A stretch of 64,000 nt of DNA from Desulfobacterales bacterium (lineage in GTDB: Bacteria; Desulfobacterota; Desulfobacteria; Desulfobacterales; UBA2174): the NCBI GenBank assembly GCA_963668645.2, contig CAXXWC010000006.1, positions 128,001 to 192,000 of the forward strand, in the 5' to 3' direction. A model generated the notes under the pieces. That model was not told the origin of the DNA. It saw only the letters and a list, made by a program, of their open reading frames with translations, and made no database searches. Shown piece after piece: positions 19,459 through 29,088 of the stretch. Both the position numbers and the translations under genes were made by a program. Numbering within the stretch: position 1 is the stretch's first letter; each line of letters starts with the position of its first letter.

Positions 19459-20589
19459 ATGGACCGAATCACCATCGGGGAGTTGAAAAAGAATCTTTTG
19501 CAGCCCCATGCCGTTGGGTGCGTGTCGATTTTCATGCCGACCCATCGCGCTGGGCACCAAGCCGAGCAGGATCCGATCCGCTTCAAAAACCTGCTCCGCG
19601 AGGTGGAAGGCAGGCTCCTGGCCAAGGGCCTGCGATCCCCCGAGGTTCGGGACATGCTCAAAGAACCCTTCCGGCTCCTTCAGGACGGCGGATTCTGGAA
19701 ACACCGCGGCGACGGGCTGGCAGTCTTTTTCACCCTCGATGCCCTGCATGCTTTCCGCCTGCCGCTGACCTTCGAAGAGACCATCGTGGTCTCCAGGCGG
19801 TTTCACGTCAAGCCGTTGCTGTCGCTTTTGACCAGCGACAGCCGTTTTTTCATCCTGGCCCTGAGCCAAAACCAGGTCCGGTTGATCGAGGCCACACGCC
19901 ACAACGCGCAGGAAGTGAATCTCGACGGCCTGGCCCAGAGCCTGGCCGCGGACGAAGCCCCCACGGAAAGCCCACCGTTGTCCAACACCGGAAAACGCCC
20001 GGCCATGTTTTTCGGCTACGATCTGAGCAAGGAGAACAAGGACCGGATCATGCGCCGGTTCCGGGCCATCGACCGCAAGCTGCACGAGGTGCTCACCGAT
20101 GCCGGGGCTCCCCTGGTATTGGCCGGGGTCGATTCGCTGTTTCCCCTCTACCGGGAGATCAACACCTACGCCCATCTGCTCGACGGCGGCCTTGCGGGCA
20201 ACCCGGAAGGGTTGAAGCCCGAGGAACTGCACGCGCCGGCCTGGTCGCTGGTTGAACCGGTCTTTCAACAGGAGCGGCAAGAGGCCGCCGCCCGCTATCA
20301 CCGCCTGGCCGGCACCGGGCAGGCCACCTCAGACGTGAAAGAAACGGTGGTGGCGGCGCATCACGGACGGGTGGAGACCCTCTTCGTGGCCGTGGGCGTC
20401 CAGGTATGGGGCCACTACGATCAGCAAGAGCAGGCCTGCCACATCAAAGACGCACCCGATCCCGGCGGCGACGAGGACCTGCTCGATCTGACCGCCATCC
20501 AGAGCCTGCGCAAGGGCGCGACGGTCTATGCGGTGCCGCCGGATGAAGTCCCGGACCGCGGATTGGTGGCCGCGTTGTTCCGCTACTGA
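19459..20589 (+). CDS. Bacterial archaeo-eukaryotic release factor (baeRF3/7-like) family protein
   Basis: CVSIFMPTH, DPIRFKNL, GLAVF, FHVKPLL, PLVLAG, GRVETLFV, EDLLD, AALFRY. Confidence 0.8.
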   Translation: MDRITIGELKKNLLQPHAVGCVSIFMPTHRAGHQAEQDPIRFKNLLREVEGRLLAKGLRSPEVRDMLKEPFRLLQDGGFWKHRGDGLAVFFTLDALHAFRLPLTFEETIVVSRRFHVKPLLSLLTSDSRFFILALSQNQVRLIEATRHNAQEVNLDGLAQSLAADEAPTESPPLSNTGKRPAMFFGYDLSKENKDRIMRRFRAIDRKLHEVLTDAGAPLVLAGVDSLFPLYREINTYAHLLDGGLAGNPEGLKPEELHAPAWSLVEPVFQQERQEAAARYHRLAGTGQATSDVKETVVAAHHGRVETLFVAVGVQVWGHYDQQEQACHIKDAPDPGGDEDLLDLTAIQSLRKGATVYAVPPDEVPDRGLVAALFRY

Positions 20590-20700
20590 TGGCAGGAACC
20601 GCCACCTTTTTCGGAAATCCGCGGCGCGATTGAAGGCAAAAGCGCATGCAGGAGACCGCCTGGAGCCGGCAGCGGAATATGCCAACCCCTTGGATCCGGG

Positions 20701-21573
20701 CTAGCGCATGCGCCTGCGGGTGCCGTCCCAGACCACCAGGACCACGGCCGCAAGGATCAGCAGGCTGCCGGCATAGCCGAGGGCCGTGAAGCATTCTCCC
20801 CACCAGACATAGGCCACAACGGCGGCCACCACCGGTTCCAGCGTAGCCGTGATGGCCGCCCGGGAGGCCTCCAGGTACTTGAGCCCCAGATAATAGCAAT
20901 AGTAGGCGCCATAGGTGCAAAAAAAGGCCAGGGCCGCCAGGGCGATCCAGGCGGTGGGTGTCTTGGGGACGAAATCCACCAGGGGATAAAGGCTCAACGC
21001 GCCGATGGGCAGCATGTAAAGGAAAAGATTGGGCGAGCTGTAGCGGCCTGAAAAGTGCTTGCCGTAGATGTAGTACAGCGAATAGCAGAACCCCGAAAGA
21101 AGCCCGGCGCCCAGGGCGACCAGGTCCAGGCCGGTTTGCAGGACTTGGTCGCTGGAACCGGCCGATACGCCCACCACCCCGGCCAGGGTCAGCCCCAGGG
21201 CCAGCAGCTTGACCGGAGTCATGGCCTCTTTGAACACCAGGCGCGCCAGAACGGCCACCCAGGCCGGCCCGGTGTAAAGCAGCACGGCGGCCAGGGCGGC
21301 CCCGCCCCGGTTGACGGCCACCTGATAACTGCCGTAGAACACCGCCACGCCCATGAAGGCGAAAATCACCAGGTTTCCGATGTCCCGCCGCTGGATGCGC
21401 ACTTCACGGCGCAGGGCTGCATGGGCGCCAAAAAGAATCCAGGCCAACGCCGCGCGCCAGAAAGCCACCTCCATAGGGGTCACGCCCTGGCTGAAGGCCA
21501 GCCGCGAAAAAGGGCCGATATTGCCCCACAGCAAAGCCGCCGCAGCGATAAGAAGATATCCGCGCAACGCCAT
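20701..21573 (-). CDS. EamA/DMT family transporter
   Basis: Two 5-TM repeats, AALLWG, FWR, LLYTGP, TLEPVVA. Confidence 0.9.
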   Translation of the reverse strand: MALRGYLLIAAAALLWGNIGPFSRLAFSQGVTPMEVAFWRAALAWILFGAHAALRREVRIQRRDIGNLVIFAFMGVAVFYGSYQVAVNRGGAALAAVLLYTGPAWVAVLARLVFKEAMTPVKLLALGLTLAGVVGVSAGSSDQVLQTGLDLVALGAGLLSGFCYSLYYIYGKHFSGRYSSPNLFLYMLPIGALSLYPLVDFVPKTPTAWIALAALAFFCTYGAYYCYYLGLKYLEASRAAITATLEPVVAAVVAYVWWGECFTALGYAGSLLILAAVVLVVWDGTRRRMR

Positions 21574-21868
21574 CCGTATACCTTTCCCTGTTCAGGCCGA
21601 TTTCGGTTATGATCCGCCGCTTCGCGCTTCCCACGGCCCAGGGCGGCCCCTTGCCCTGTCCATCATCTTCCGATCACCATTTGGGCAACCCCTAACACAA
21701 AGCGGCAGCGGCCTAAAGAGCGTTTTGCCATCGCTTTGCGATTTGCCCCTTTGCAGAGGCCTGCTCCGCCCTCGCGGCGGGTATTTTACTTTACCAAACC
21801 GTTAAAATTCATTATAAAATATTGATTCCGTGTACGAAATTCCTTCTAGTCAGGAGACAGTTCGCCCC

Positions 21869-22303
21869 ATGACCGAAAAGAATGCCCCCGATTCAGCCCT
21901 GCAAGCGGTGCAAACCCTGGCGCTGGAAAACGGCACACGTTTGGAAGTGTTTGACGCCAGCCGTCATCTGGCGGCGGACCGCTGGCAGGTTAACGCCGTC
22001 TTTCGTTTGACCGTCCCGGTGAGTGAATCGGTGGTGGCCGGTGGATCGGCCCACTTGGAACTCGCCGAACTGCACCGCCGCATCGGCAAGCAGGTGGTTT
22101 TTGAAAAACGCCTGGAACGCACCTTCATCGCTTCCGGTGAAAAAAACCGGCTTTTTGCCGCGACGGTAAACGGCTACCTGGACGGGGCCCTGAAATACAT
22201 TTCCCGGCCGGAATTCGCCCGCAACCTGGTGATGCGCCGCTACCAGGAAGCTTTAAAACAACAAACCCTTCTACGCCCGGGGAAAACAGATGCCAACGGT
22301 TAA
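21869..22303 (+). CDS. Hypothetical protein
   Basis: RBS AGGAG, host-like codon usage, overlaps the osmC-like gene. Confidence 0.65.
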   Translation: MTEKNAPDSALQAVQTLALENGTRLEVFDASRHLAADRWQVNAVFRLTVPVSESVVAGGSAHLELAELHRRIGKQVVFEKRLERTFIASGEKNRLFAATVNGYLDGALKYISRPEFARNLVMRRYQEALKQQTLLRPGKTDANG

Positions 22304-22703
22304 AGTCAACTGGGTCGGGGCGCGCCAATTCGTGGGCACCGACTCCAACGGTCACAGCATCGTCCTGTCGGGAGACGACCCGGCCACCGGTGTACGACCC
22401 AGCGAGATGCTGCTGGTGGCCCTGGCCGCCTGCTCAGGCTATGATGTCGTCCAAATCATGGAAAAAAAGCGCCATCCGCTCGATTTTTTCGAGGTCATCG
22501 TGGATGGCGAGCGCGATGCGCAGCCGCCCTGGGCCTATAACACGATCCGGATCACCTATCGGCTCAGGGGCCGGGATCTGACCGCCAAGGCGGTGACCCA
22601 GGCCATCGACTTGTCGGTTAAAAAGTACTGTTCGGTGGCGGCCACCGTGGGCGCCAAGGCCCGGATCGAAACAGGTTTCGAAATTCTCGACTCAGAAAGC
22701 TGA
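22290..22703 (+). CDS. OsmC/YhfA family protein
   Basis: GVRPSEMLL..LAAC...DV, KYCSV. Confidence 0.88.
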   Translation: MPTVKVNWVGARQFVGTDSNGHSIVLSGDDPATGVRPSEMLLVALAACSGYDVVQIMEKKRHPLDFFEVIVDGERDAQPPWAYNTIRITYRLRGRDLTAKAVTQAIDLSVKKYCSVAATVGAKARIETGFEILDSES

Positions 22704-22776
22704 GCATTTCACCCTTCCAGCGCAAAGCCGGAACCCGAGGCGCCTTTGGACGCCGGAACCCGGCTCGGGCACGCAA

Positions 22777-23391
22777 ATGAGCGCCAAAAAGATGCAAGCG
22801 CAGCGCGCCTTCAGGGCCGCGCGGGTCATTGCGATCCTCGTGCCGGTGCTGGCCGCAACGATTCTCGAAGCCGCCCCGGCCCGGGCCGATATCTACCGCT
22901 ACGTCGATCCCCAGGGGGTAATGCACTTTACCAACGCCCCCACATCGGGCAAGTACAAGGTGTTCATCCGCGAGCACTCCTTTGAACGGCTGGCTCCGGC
23001 GCCTGGCCTCTTCGATGCGATCATTGCCGAAGCGGCCGAGTTGTACGGTCTTTCAAAGGCCCTGATCAAAGCGGTGATCAAGGCCGAATCGGATTTCGAC
23101 CCGCAGGCCGTGTCCAAACGCGGCGCCCTGGGCCTGATGCAGATCATGCCCTCCAATCTCAAGAGTCTGAACGTGCGCGATCCGTTCAACCCCCGCCAGA
23201 ACATCATGGGCGGCGCCCGCTACTTGAGCCAAATGATCGAACGTTTCGGCAAGAATCTGCACCTGGCCCTGGCGGCTTACAATGCCGGTCCCGGAACGGT
23301 GGAGCAGTACCGGAGTGTGCCTCCCTTTCCCGAAACCCAGGACTATGTGCAAAAAGTGATGCGCTATTTCATGGCTTATCGCAAAGGATAG
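22777..23391 (+). CDS. Lytic transglycosylase (SLT) with DUF4124-like N-terminal domain
   Basis: IYRYVD..G..HFTN; IKAESDF, GALGLMQIMP, ALAAYNAGPG, ETQDYV. Confidence 0.92.
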   Translation: MSAKKMQAQRAFRAARVIAILVPVLAATILEAAPARADIYRYVDPQGVMHFTNAPTSGKYKVFIREHSFERLAPAPGLFDAIIAEAAELYGLSKALIKAVIKAESDFDPQAVSKRGALGLMQIMPSNLKSLNVRDPFNPRQNIMGGARYLSQMIERFGKNLHLALAAYNAGPGTVEQYRSVPPFPETQDYVQKVMRYFMAYRKG

Positions 23392-23517
23392 CGCCCGGCT
23401 CCATGGTTGACGGTCCGCATCGCCCCCTGACCGATCTTCACAGATAAGGCATAGTTACGAAATTTTGCTTGTATTTCAGGCCTTAAGGAAGTAGCCTGAT
23501 CTCGATCAGGCCACGCC

Positions 23518-24228
23518 ATGGCTCAGCCGCAAAGCAAAAAGGACGCACATTTAATGACCGATTCACCGGGTTCTGTTAACCGATCGTTGGGTATGTGTGC
23601 CGCCGTGGTGATCATTGCCGTGTTTGCCACCGGCTTTTCCTTCTCCGAACACGAGGCCCGGGAGAAGACGGCCGCAGCAACCGAAGCTTCTTCCCGGACC
23701 GACGAAATTGCACGGCTCAAGGCCACCCCCTGCGCCCGGAGGCTCAAAGACCGGCGCATCGCCACCATCATCGGTGAAGTTCACGATAACCAACGGGCCC
23801 GGACCATGGCCGGGGACGAGGGACCGCTCTTCGAAGAGATCAACCTGAGCATGCGCCGGCTGGGGATGCAAACCATCAGCCCAGAAACGATCCGAGCCCA
23901 AGTCGCCCAGGCCGAAATCCAGGCTTTTCTGAACAATGACCCGGATGCCGCCGTTCAAGCCGCCGGCCGCCTGCAGGCCGATTTTTTTCTCCGGGGTCTG
24001 ATCCAGGCCCGCACCCGGGTCAATCCGGTGGTCAAGATCAACGAAATCTTTATAACCATCACCTTGACCCTGGTGGACCGCAAAGGAAGGCCGATCAGCC
24101 ATGTCAGCGCCACCGGCGACAGCTTCGCCGGCCAGGACACCCTGGCCGCGGCCCTTGCCCTGGTGCAGGAGCAGGCCGACCTGCTGGTGGCCCGACTCTA
24201 TAGCGACTATTGCAATCAAGCGCGATAA
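23518..24228 (+). CDS. Exported hypothetical protein (TolB-N/FlgT-like fold suspected)
   Basis: N-terminal hydrophobic segment; alpha/beta pattern with AAGRLQADFFLRG; start uncertain. Confidence 0.55.
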   Translation: MAQPQSKKDAHLMTDSPGSVNRSLGMCAAVVIIAVFATGFSFSEHEAREKTAAATEASSRTDEIARLKATPCARRLKDRRIATIIGEVHDNQRARTMAGDEGPLFEEINLSMRRLGMQTISPETIRAQVAQAEIQAFLNNDPDAAVQAAGRLQADFFLRGLIQARTRVNPVVKINEIFITITLTLVDRKGRPISHVSATGDSFAGQDTLAAALALVQEQADLLVARLYSDYCNQAR

Positions 24229-24231
24229 CCG

Positions 24232-25653
24232 TTGCCCCGACCTCCCAAAATGGCGAAAACCATGACACCCCATACACGCCATAAACCGATGCGGCCTGTA
24301 GCAGCGGCCCTTTTACTCCTTTTCTGGGCCTGGATGCCGGCCTACGCTTCAACCCCGGTCCCGGGCGAAACGCTGATCGTATCGGCAGAAGGCCTGGCCG
24401 ACCCCGCGGCCGAAATCTATCAATCGGACAAGGGGCTGCTGCTGGACGACCTGCGCCAGGACGCCCTGCGCCAGTGCGTCGAAAAGACCGTCGGCACCAT
24501 GGTGGACAGCAGTTCCCTGGTGGAAAACTTCACCCTGGTGCAGGACCGGGTCCTGACCCGCTCCAAGGGACTGATCAAACGCGTGATCAAACAAAGCGAT
24601 CCCTGGCTGGGCAAAGACGGGTTCATGCACCTGCTGATCAAGGCCGAAGTCTACCTCGGCCAGGTCAAGGAAGCGCTCTCCGATCTGTCGCGCAGCGAGC
24701 GCGTCGACCTGATCAAGGAGCATGGCAATCCCAAAATCGCCGTGATCGTTAGCACCCGCGACGCCCAGCGCGGCGCCGATGTCGCCGTCGAACGCTCGGC
24801 GGTGGCCGAAAACCTGCTAAAAGAGCACCTGAGCGGATTCGGGTACCGGGTCTGGGCCGTGGCCGACGCGGCCGACGCCCGGAACAAGGGGGCCGATTTT
24901 CTCATCTCCGGAGAAGCCAAGTTCAAAGCCCTCAGCGCCCGGCTGCCCACCTCGGGGATCACGGTGACCAAGCATGTGCTCACCTCCTGGACGGTCCAGT
25001 GCAAGGATGTGCAGACGGAAGAGGAGATCTACTTCAACAACAAGATCCCCAGAAACAAGAGCTGGGCCGACGAGGACGCCGCCCTGGAGGACATCGGCCG
25101 GATGATCGGCGAGGAATTTTCCAAGGACTTTTTCGATCTTCACCTCATGGCGCCCATGCGCATTTTCCAGATGCAGGTGGACGGCCTGGCGGACTACGAC
25201 ACCGGGGTCCTGCTCAAAAAGGAACTGATCGGCCTGCGCCCGGTTCTCAACGTGGAACTGCGCGATTACCGGGCCGACGGCAGTTCGCTTTTCGAAGTTG
25301 AATTTTCCGGCCAGCGGGGCAATTTCGCCCAGATTCTCAACGCCTCGGTCATCACCCCGCTCAACGCCAAACTGGGCCGCAACGCGTTTCGACTGGTTTC
25401 GGCCAGCGGTCGGGCGGTGCGCCTCACCTGTGATGCGGGCAAAAATCCGGCCCAACTGACCGAGGCCTTCAACGGCCTGCCCCCGGCCTCGCTGGCCGAC
25501 GCACCGCCCGAGCGGCTGCGGGAACTGATCAAGAGTGAAGCGGCCCAAACCCGGGTGCAGGCGATCAACCCGGCCGGCGTAGCCCGCATGCAGGCACCGC
25601 CAGCGGCGCCTGCCCCCAAAACCGGGGCCGTCAAGGCGGCCGGCGCTTTTTAG
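24232..25653 (+). CDS. Exported protein with FlgT/LPP20-like N-terminal domain
   Basis: Signal peptide; DALRQCVEKTVGTMVDSSSLVENF; second domain GNPKIAV...GADFLISG. Confidence 0.6.
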   Translation: MPRPPKMAKTMTPHTRHKPMRPVAAALLLLFWAWMPAYASTPVPGETLIVSAEGLADPAAEIYQSDKGLLLDDLRQDALRQCVEKTVGTMVDSSSLVENFTLVQDRVLTRSKGLIKRVIKQSDPWLGKDGFMHLLIKAEVYLGQVKEALSDLSRSERVDLIKEHGNPKIAVIVSTRDAQRGADVAVERSAVAENLLKEHLSGFGYRVWAVADAADARNKGADFLISGEAKFKALSARLPTSGITVTKHVLTSWTVQCKDVQTEEEIYFNNKIPRNKSWADEDAALEDIGRMIGEEFSKDFFDLHLMAPMRIFQMQVDGLADYDTGVLLKKELIGLRPVLNVELRDYRADGSSLFEVEFSGQRGNFAQILNASVITPLNAKLGRNAFRLVSASGRAVRLTCDAGKNPAQLTEAFNGLPPASLADAPPERLRELIKSEAAQTRVQAINPAGVARMQAPPAAPAPKTGAVKAAGAF

Positions 25654-25701
25654 ACGCCATCATTCAGTCTGAACCTAGCAAACCGGACCAAGGAGGAAAC
25701 G

Positions 25702-26460
25702 ATGAGGCTTCATGTTCAAACATGGTTGGGACTCCTGGTGGCCACCCTGCTGGTGGGCTGCGTGACGATGGACGCCTCCCAGAAAGCCAACCAACAGGCC
25801 GATAGCGCCATGTACAAACCGGTCCAATACGCCAATGCGGCCCGCAAAGGCCCCATTTTGATCGTTTTGCCCGGCGCCGTCAAAAGCAACAACGCCACCT
25901 TCGTGCAGCGCTACGGTGAAAACAACATCGCCGATTACGGCGAACTGGAGCTGGGCAAGGCCAACTTCCGCGTGCTGGAGCGCACCGACCTGGGACCGAT
26001 GCTCGATGAGATCAAACTGGCGGTCAATATGGGCGACCGGACCGCCCTGTCCAAGTTCAAGCGCGGCAAGTTCAAATCGACCAAGTGGTTCGTACGCTTC
26101 GACATTCTCAAGGCCGAACAGGTCGCCAAGGCCAGCCAGGGCTTCGATGGCCGGGCCATCGGATCGATTCTAGGATCGGTAATGAGCGGCACGAGCGGCA
26201 GCGTGACCCGCACGGCCGTCGGATCGACCCAGATGGGAGACACGGCCGGGGTCTGGATCGTCGGCATGCGCTACAAGGTCATGGATGCCTCCACCACCGA
26301 GCAGGTCACCACGGGCTATTTTGAAGACAAGATGGAGGTCGGGGCCAGCCATGGATCTTTCCTGGGCATCTCCCAGGGTGAGGCGCATCAAGTGACCCTC
26401 GACACCATGGTCCAGCGCCTCGTGCAACAATGTGTGGCCCAGATCGACGCCCAAAAATAG
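25702..26460 (+). CDS. CsgG/HfaB-like lipoprotein
   Basis: Lipobox LVGC, FRVLERTDL..MLDEI; RBS AAGGAGG. Confidence 0.65.
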   Translation: MRLHVQTWLGLLVATLLVGCVTMDASQKANQQADSAMYKPVQYANAARKGPILIVLPGAVKSNNATFVQRYGENNIADYGELELGKANFRVLERTDLGPMLDEIKLAVNMGDRTALSKFKRGKFKSTKWFVRFDILKAEQVAKASQGFDGRAIGSILGSVMSGTSGSVTRTAVGSTQMGDTAGVWIVGMRYKVMDASTTEQVTTGYFEDKMEVGASHGSFLGISQGEAHQVTLDTMVQRLVQQCVAQIDAQK

Positions 26461-26572
26461 ACCCTGGGCCCGACACCCGGCTTGCAGTGCCAGGCACCAG
26501 CGGCTGCGAATCGTGAAGGTTGAATCGCCCCGCAGTATGGAACTGCGGGGCCTTGAGACTGTTTTTGGACCT

Positions 26573-27691
26573 TCAGCCGTCCAGGTGCTCGCGCACGATA
26601 TTGAAAATACGACGGATCGGTTCGGCCGCCCCCCACAGAAGCTGGTCCCCCACGGTAAAAAGAGTGAGATACTCGGGGCCGAAATTCATCTTGCGAATGC
26701 GCCCCACCGGCACGTTCAAGGTGCCGGTTACCGCCGCCGGCGCCAACTCGTGCAGCGTGGCGGGCTTGTCATTGGGCACCACCCGCACCCAGTCGTTGCC
26801 CCCGGCGATGATCGCTTCGATATCGGCCAGGGGCACATCACGGGTCAGGCGGATGGTCAAGGCCTGGCTGTGGCAGCGCATGGCACCGATGCGCACGCAG
26901 ATCCCGTCGATGGAAATCGGAGGGTCGCAGCCCAGGATCTTGTTGGTCTCGGCATACCCCTTCCACTCCTCGCGGGTCTGCCCGCTTTCCATGGGGCTGT
27001 CGATCCAGGCAATCAGGCTGCCGGCCAGGGGAGCGCCGAAGTTGGCCGTAGGATGATCCGGATCCTGCAGGGCCGCCAGGACCCGGCGGTCCAGATCCAG
27101 GATGGCCGAGGCCGGATCATCGAGCAGGGGCCGGGCCGCGTCGGCCACATGGCGCATCTGGGCCACAAGCTCTCGCATGTTCTTGGCTCCGGCGCCTGAA
27201 GCCGCCTGATAGGTCATGGACGAGATCCAGGAAACCAGCCCTTCGCGGAACAGGCCGTTGATTGCCATGAGCATCAGACTGACGGTGCAGTTGCCGCCGA
27301 TAAAATCCTTCCAGCCAGCGGCCAGGGCCCGATCGATGACCGCACGGTTGACCGGATCGAGAACGATGGTGCTCTGCGATGCCATGCGCAGGGCCGAGGC
27401 CGCGTCGATCCAGTATCCCTTCCACCCGGCAGCGCGCAGTCTGGGATAGACCGCCTTGGTATAGTCGCCCCCCTGGCACGTCACCACCACATCCAGGCCA
27501 GCCAAGGCTTCGACGTCGGTGGCATCCATGACCGGCGGGGCCGCCAAGCCGGTCTCCGGAGCGGCTTGGCCCACCTGAGTGGTGGAGAAGAAAAACGGTT
27601 CGAAGCCGCTAAAATCCTTTTCGGCCTGCATCCGGTCCATCAGCACCGAGCCGACCATCCCCCGCCAACCGACAAATCCGACGCGCAGCAT
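26573..27691 (-). CDS. asd: Aspartate-semialdehyde dehydrogenase
   Basis: VGFVGWRGMVGS, WIDAAS, GGNCTVS, YQAASGAG, MRCHSQ, GDQLLWGAAEP. Confidence 0.97.
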   Translation of the reverse strand: MLRVGFVGWRGMVGSVLMDRMQAEKDFSGFEPFFFSTTQVGQAAPETGLAAPPVMDATDVEALAGLDVVVTCQGGDYTKAVYPRLRAAGWKGYWIDAASALRMASQSTIVLDPVNRAVIDRALAAGWKDFIGGNCTVSLMLMAINGLFREGLVSWISSMTYQAASGAGAKNMRELVAQMRHVADAARPLLDDPASAILDLDRRVLAALQDPDHPTANFGAPLAGSLIAWIDSPMESGQTREEWKGYAETNKILGCDPPISIDGICVRIGAMRCHSQALTIRLTRDVPLADIEAIIAGGNDWVRVVPNDKPATLHELAPAAVTGTLNVPVGRIRKMNFGPEYLTLFTVGDQLLWGAAEPIRRIFNIVREHLDG

Positions 27692-27843
27692 GATCCTTTC
27701 CTTTCCGCTTAAAAGCGCCAAAAAAGAATGTATATTACCAGTTTTTCAGGCAAACGCAACGGAAGCCCCAATTTTGCCGGCAATTCTCGGCAAAGTCGAA
27801 AATCTGCCGGTTTCATCAAAAGGAAAGAAGCGTTTGACTTTGG

Positions 27844-27885
27844 AATTCGGCAGCATGGCGGGATAAAGACGAGGCTTCGAGCGGG
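27844..27885 (+). repeat. 42-bp imperfect direct repeat, copy 1
   Basis: 34/42 identical to 28423-28464, with an exact 15-bp core GAGGCTTCGAGCGGG. Confidence 0.8.
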
Positions 27886-27886
27886 T

Positions 27887-28064
27887 AAAGGCAACCGGGG
27901 ATAACCCTGGCGTCCCCCCGAAAAACTCGACCCCAAGTGCCCGTAGGACCGGACCGGTCCCGTCACTGGAAAATCGAATCGAAATTGCCCGCGATCATGA
28001 GGATCCACCGCAGGCTAGGGCCACGTTCCGGATCGGCCGCCAGGATCTCCCCCGGGCTGCCTTT
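27887..28064 (-). ncRNA. Candidate structured non-coding RNA of unknown family (178 nt)
   Basis: Ends pair into a long interrupted rod capped by two hairpins; about 10 G.U pairs work only on the minus strand. Confidence 0.55.
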
Positions 28065-28422
28065 TGCGTATCCGTCATTCTGATGGGTTTTACACCGTTC
28101 CCCGGTCCTTTCTGCTATCGGCCGCTTTTTTACAGCAGATCGATTAAAACTCCAAGCCAGCCGGCGGCCTCACGGGCGGTCCCGGTACAGCGACAGGCGC
28201 ATGTTGTCTAAAGACCATAGGGCGTGTTGCCGCGACACGGCGATCTTGCCCCATCCTTCGATGAAGTTGAATCACTGCGATAAGCTGCGCCATCGTGTAA
28301 AAACGGCCGAGATAGTGTCGCGGCTTACGCGGCGGCCTTGGGTCTGAGTCTGCGCGCCCGAGCGCGGGGGGCGGCCGGGGGGCTGACGGCGGTCACCACA
28401 CCCCGTACCATCGAAAAGACCG

Positions 28423-28464
28423 AATCCGGCAAAATGGCGCAATAAAAGAGAGGCTTCGAGCGGG
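28423..28464 (+). repeat. 42-bp imperfect direct repeat, copy 2
   Basis: See copy 1 at 27844-27885. Confidence 0.8.
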
Positions 28465-28519
28465 AACCGCTGCACATTTTGCTTGCTTTCGGCGCCAGTT
28501 TTGCTACTAACCCCACCTC

Positions 28520-28999
28520 ATGATGCGCCCTGCCTGCATAGCGGATATCCGTGCCATTCATGGCCTTCTTAAAACTTTCGCTGAACGCGGCGAACTGTTG
28601 CCCCGTCCACTGGCCCAACTCTACGACCACCTGCGCGATTTTACGGTCTTTCTCGATCCGGCCGGGCGCAAAGTCGTCGGATGCTGTGCACTCCAGTTCT
28701 GCTGGGACGATCTGGCGGAAATTCGCTCCCTGGCGGTAGCCCCTGAGGTTCATGGTCAGGGCATCGGCTCGCAACTGGTGCAAAACGCCCTGGAGGAGGC
28801 ACGCCGCTTCAAGATCGCAAACGTCTTCACCCTCACCTACCGGCCCGGCTTTTTCGAGCGTTTCGGATTTTCACGCATCGACCGTGCCGACCTGCCGATC
28901 AAGATCTGGGCCGACTGCATCACCTGCGTCAAGTTCCCCGACTGCGACGAAACCGCCATGCTTCTCTACCTGAGCCGCCAGCGTCCCCGGACCCGCTGA
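28520..28999 (+). CDS. GNAT N-acetyltransferase (short ArgA-like N-acetylglutamate synthase type)
   Basis: GELLPR, LAEIRSLAV, GQGIG, VFTLTY, KIWADCITC.KF..CDE. Confidence 0.85.
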   Translation: MMRPACIADIRAIHGLLKTFAERGELLPRPLAQLYDHLRDFTVFLDPAGRKVVGCCALQFCWDDLAEIRSLAVAPEVHGQGIGSQLVQNALEEARRFKIANVFTLTYRPGFFERFGFSRIDRADLPIKIWADCITCVKFPDCDETAMLLYLSRQRPRTR

Positions 29000-29088
29000 C
29001 AACGGCCTCAAAGTTTTTGCCCCTGGCTTCTGGGTCCGGCGCGCATCGAAAGACCGGGCAGAAGGTCGCCCGCCGGTGCAAAACGGTC

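Noticed and set aside
27887..28110. Assigning the structured region to c-di-GMP-I, cobalamin or lysine riboswitch, SRP, 6S, tmRNA or RNase P
   Set aside because: Only superficial fragments match (ACGCAAAAG...GGTTGCC; GGGAACGGTG). No SRP GGAA helix-8 motif, no tRNA-like ends, no GAGGAAAGTCC, and no 6S central bubble or usual gene context
27844..28464. DGR template/variable repeat or CRISPR
   Set aside because: Only two 42-bp copies, 3 of 8 mismatches not at adenines, no reverse transcriptase or cas genes, no spacer periodicity
28170..28475. Selenocysteine read-through of the TGA at 28272
   Set aside because: No redox motif context, no clear SECIS hairpin, no recognisable protein family
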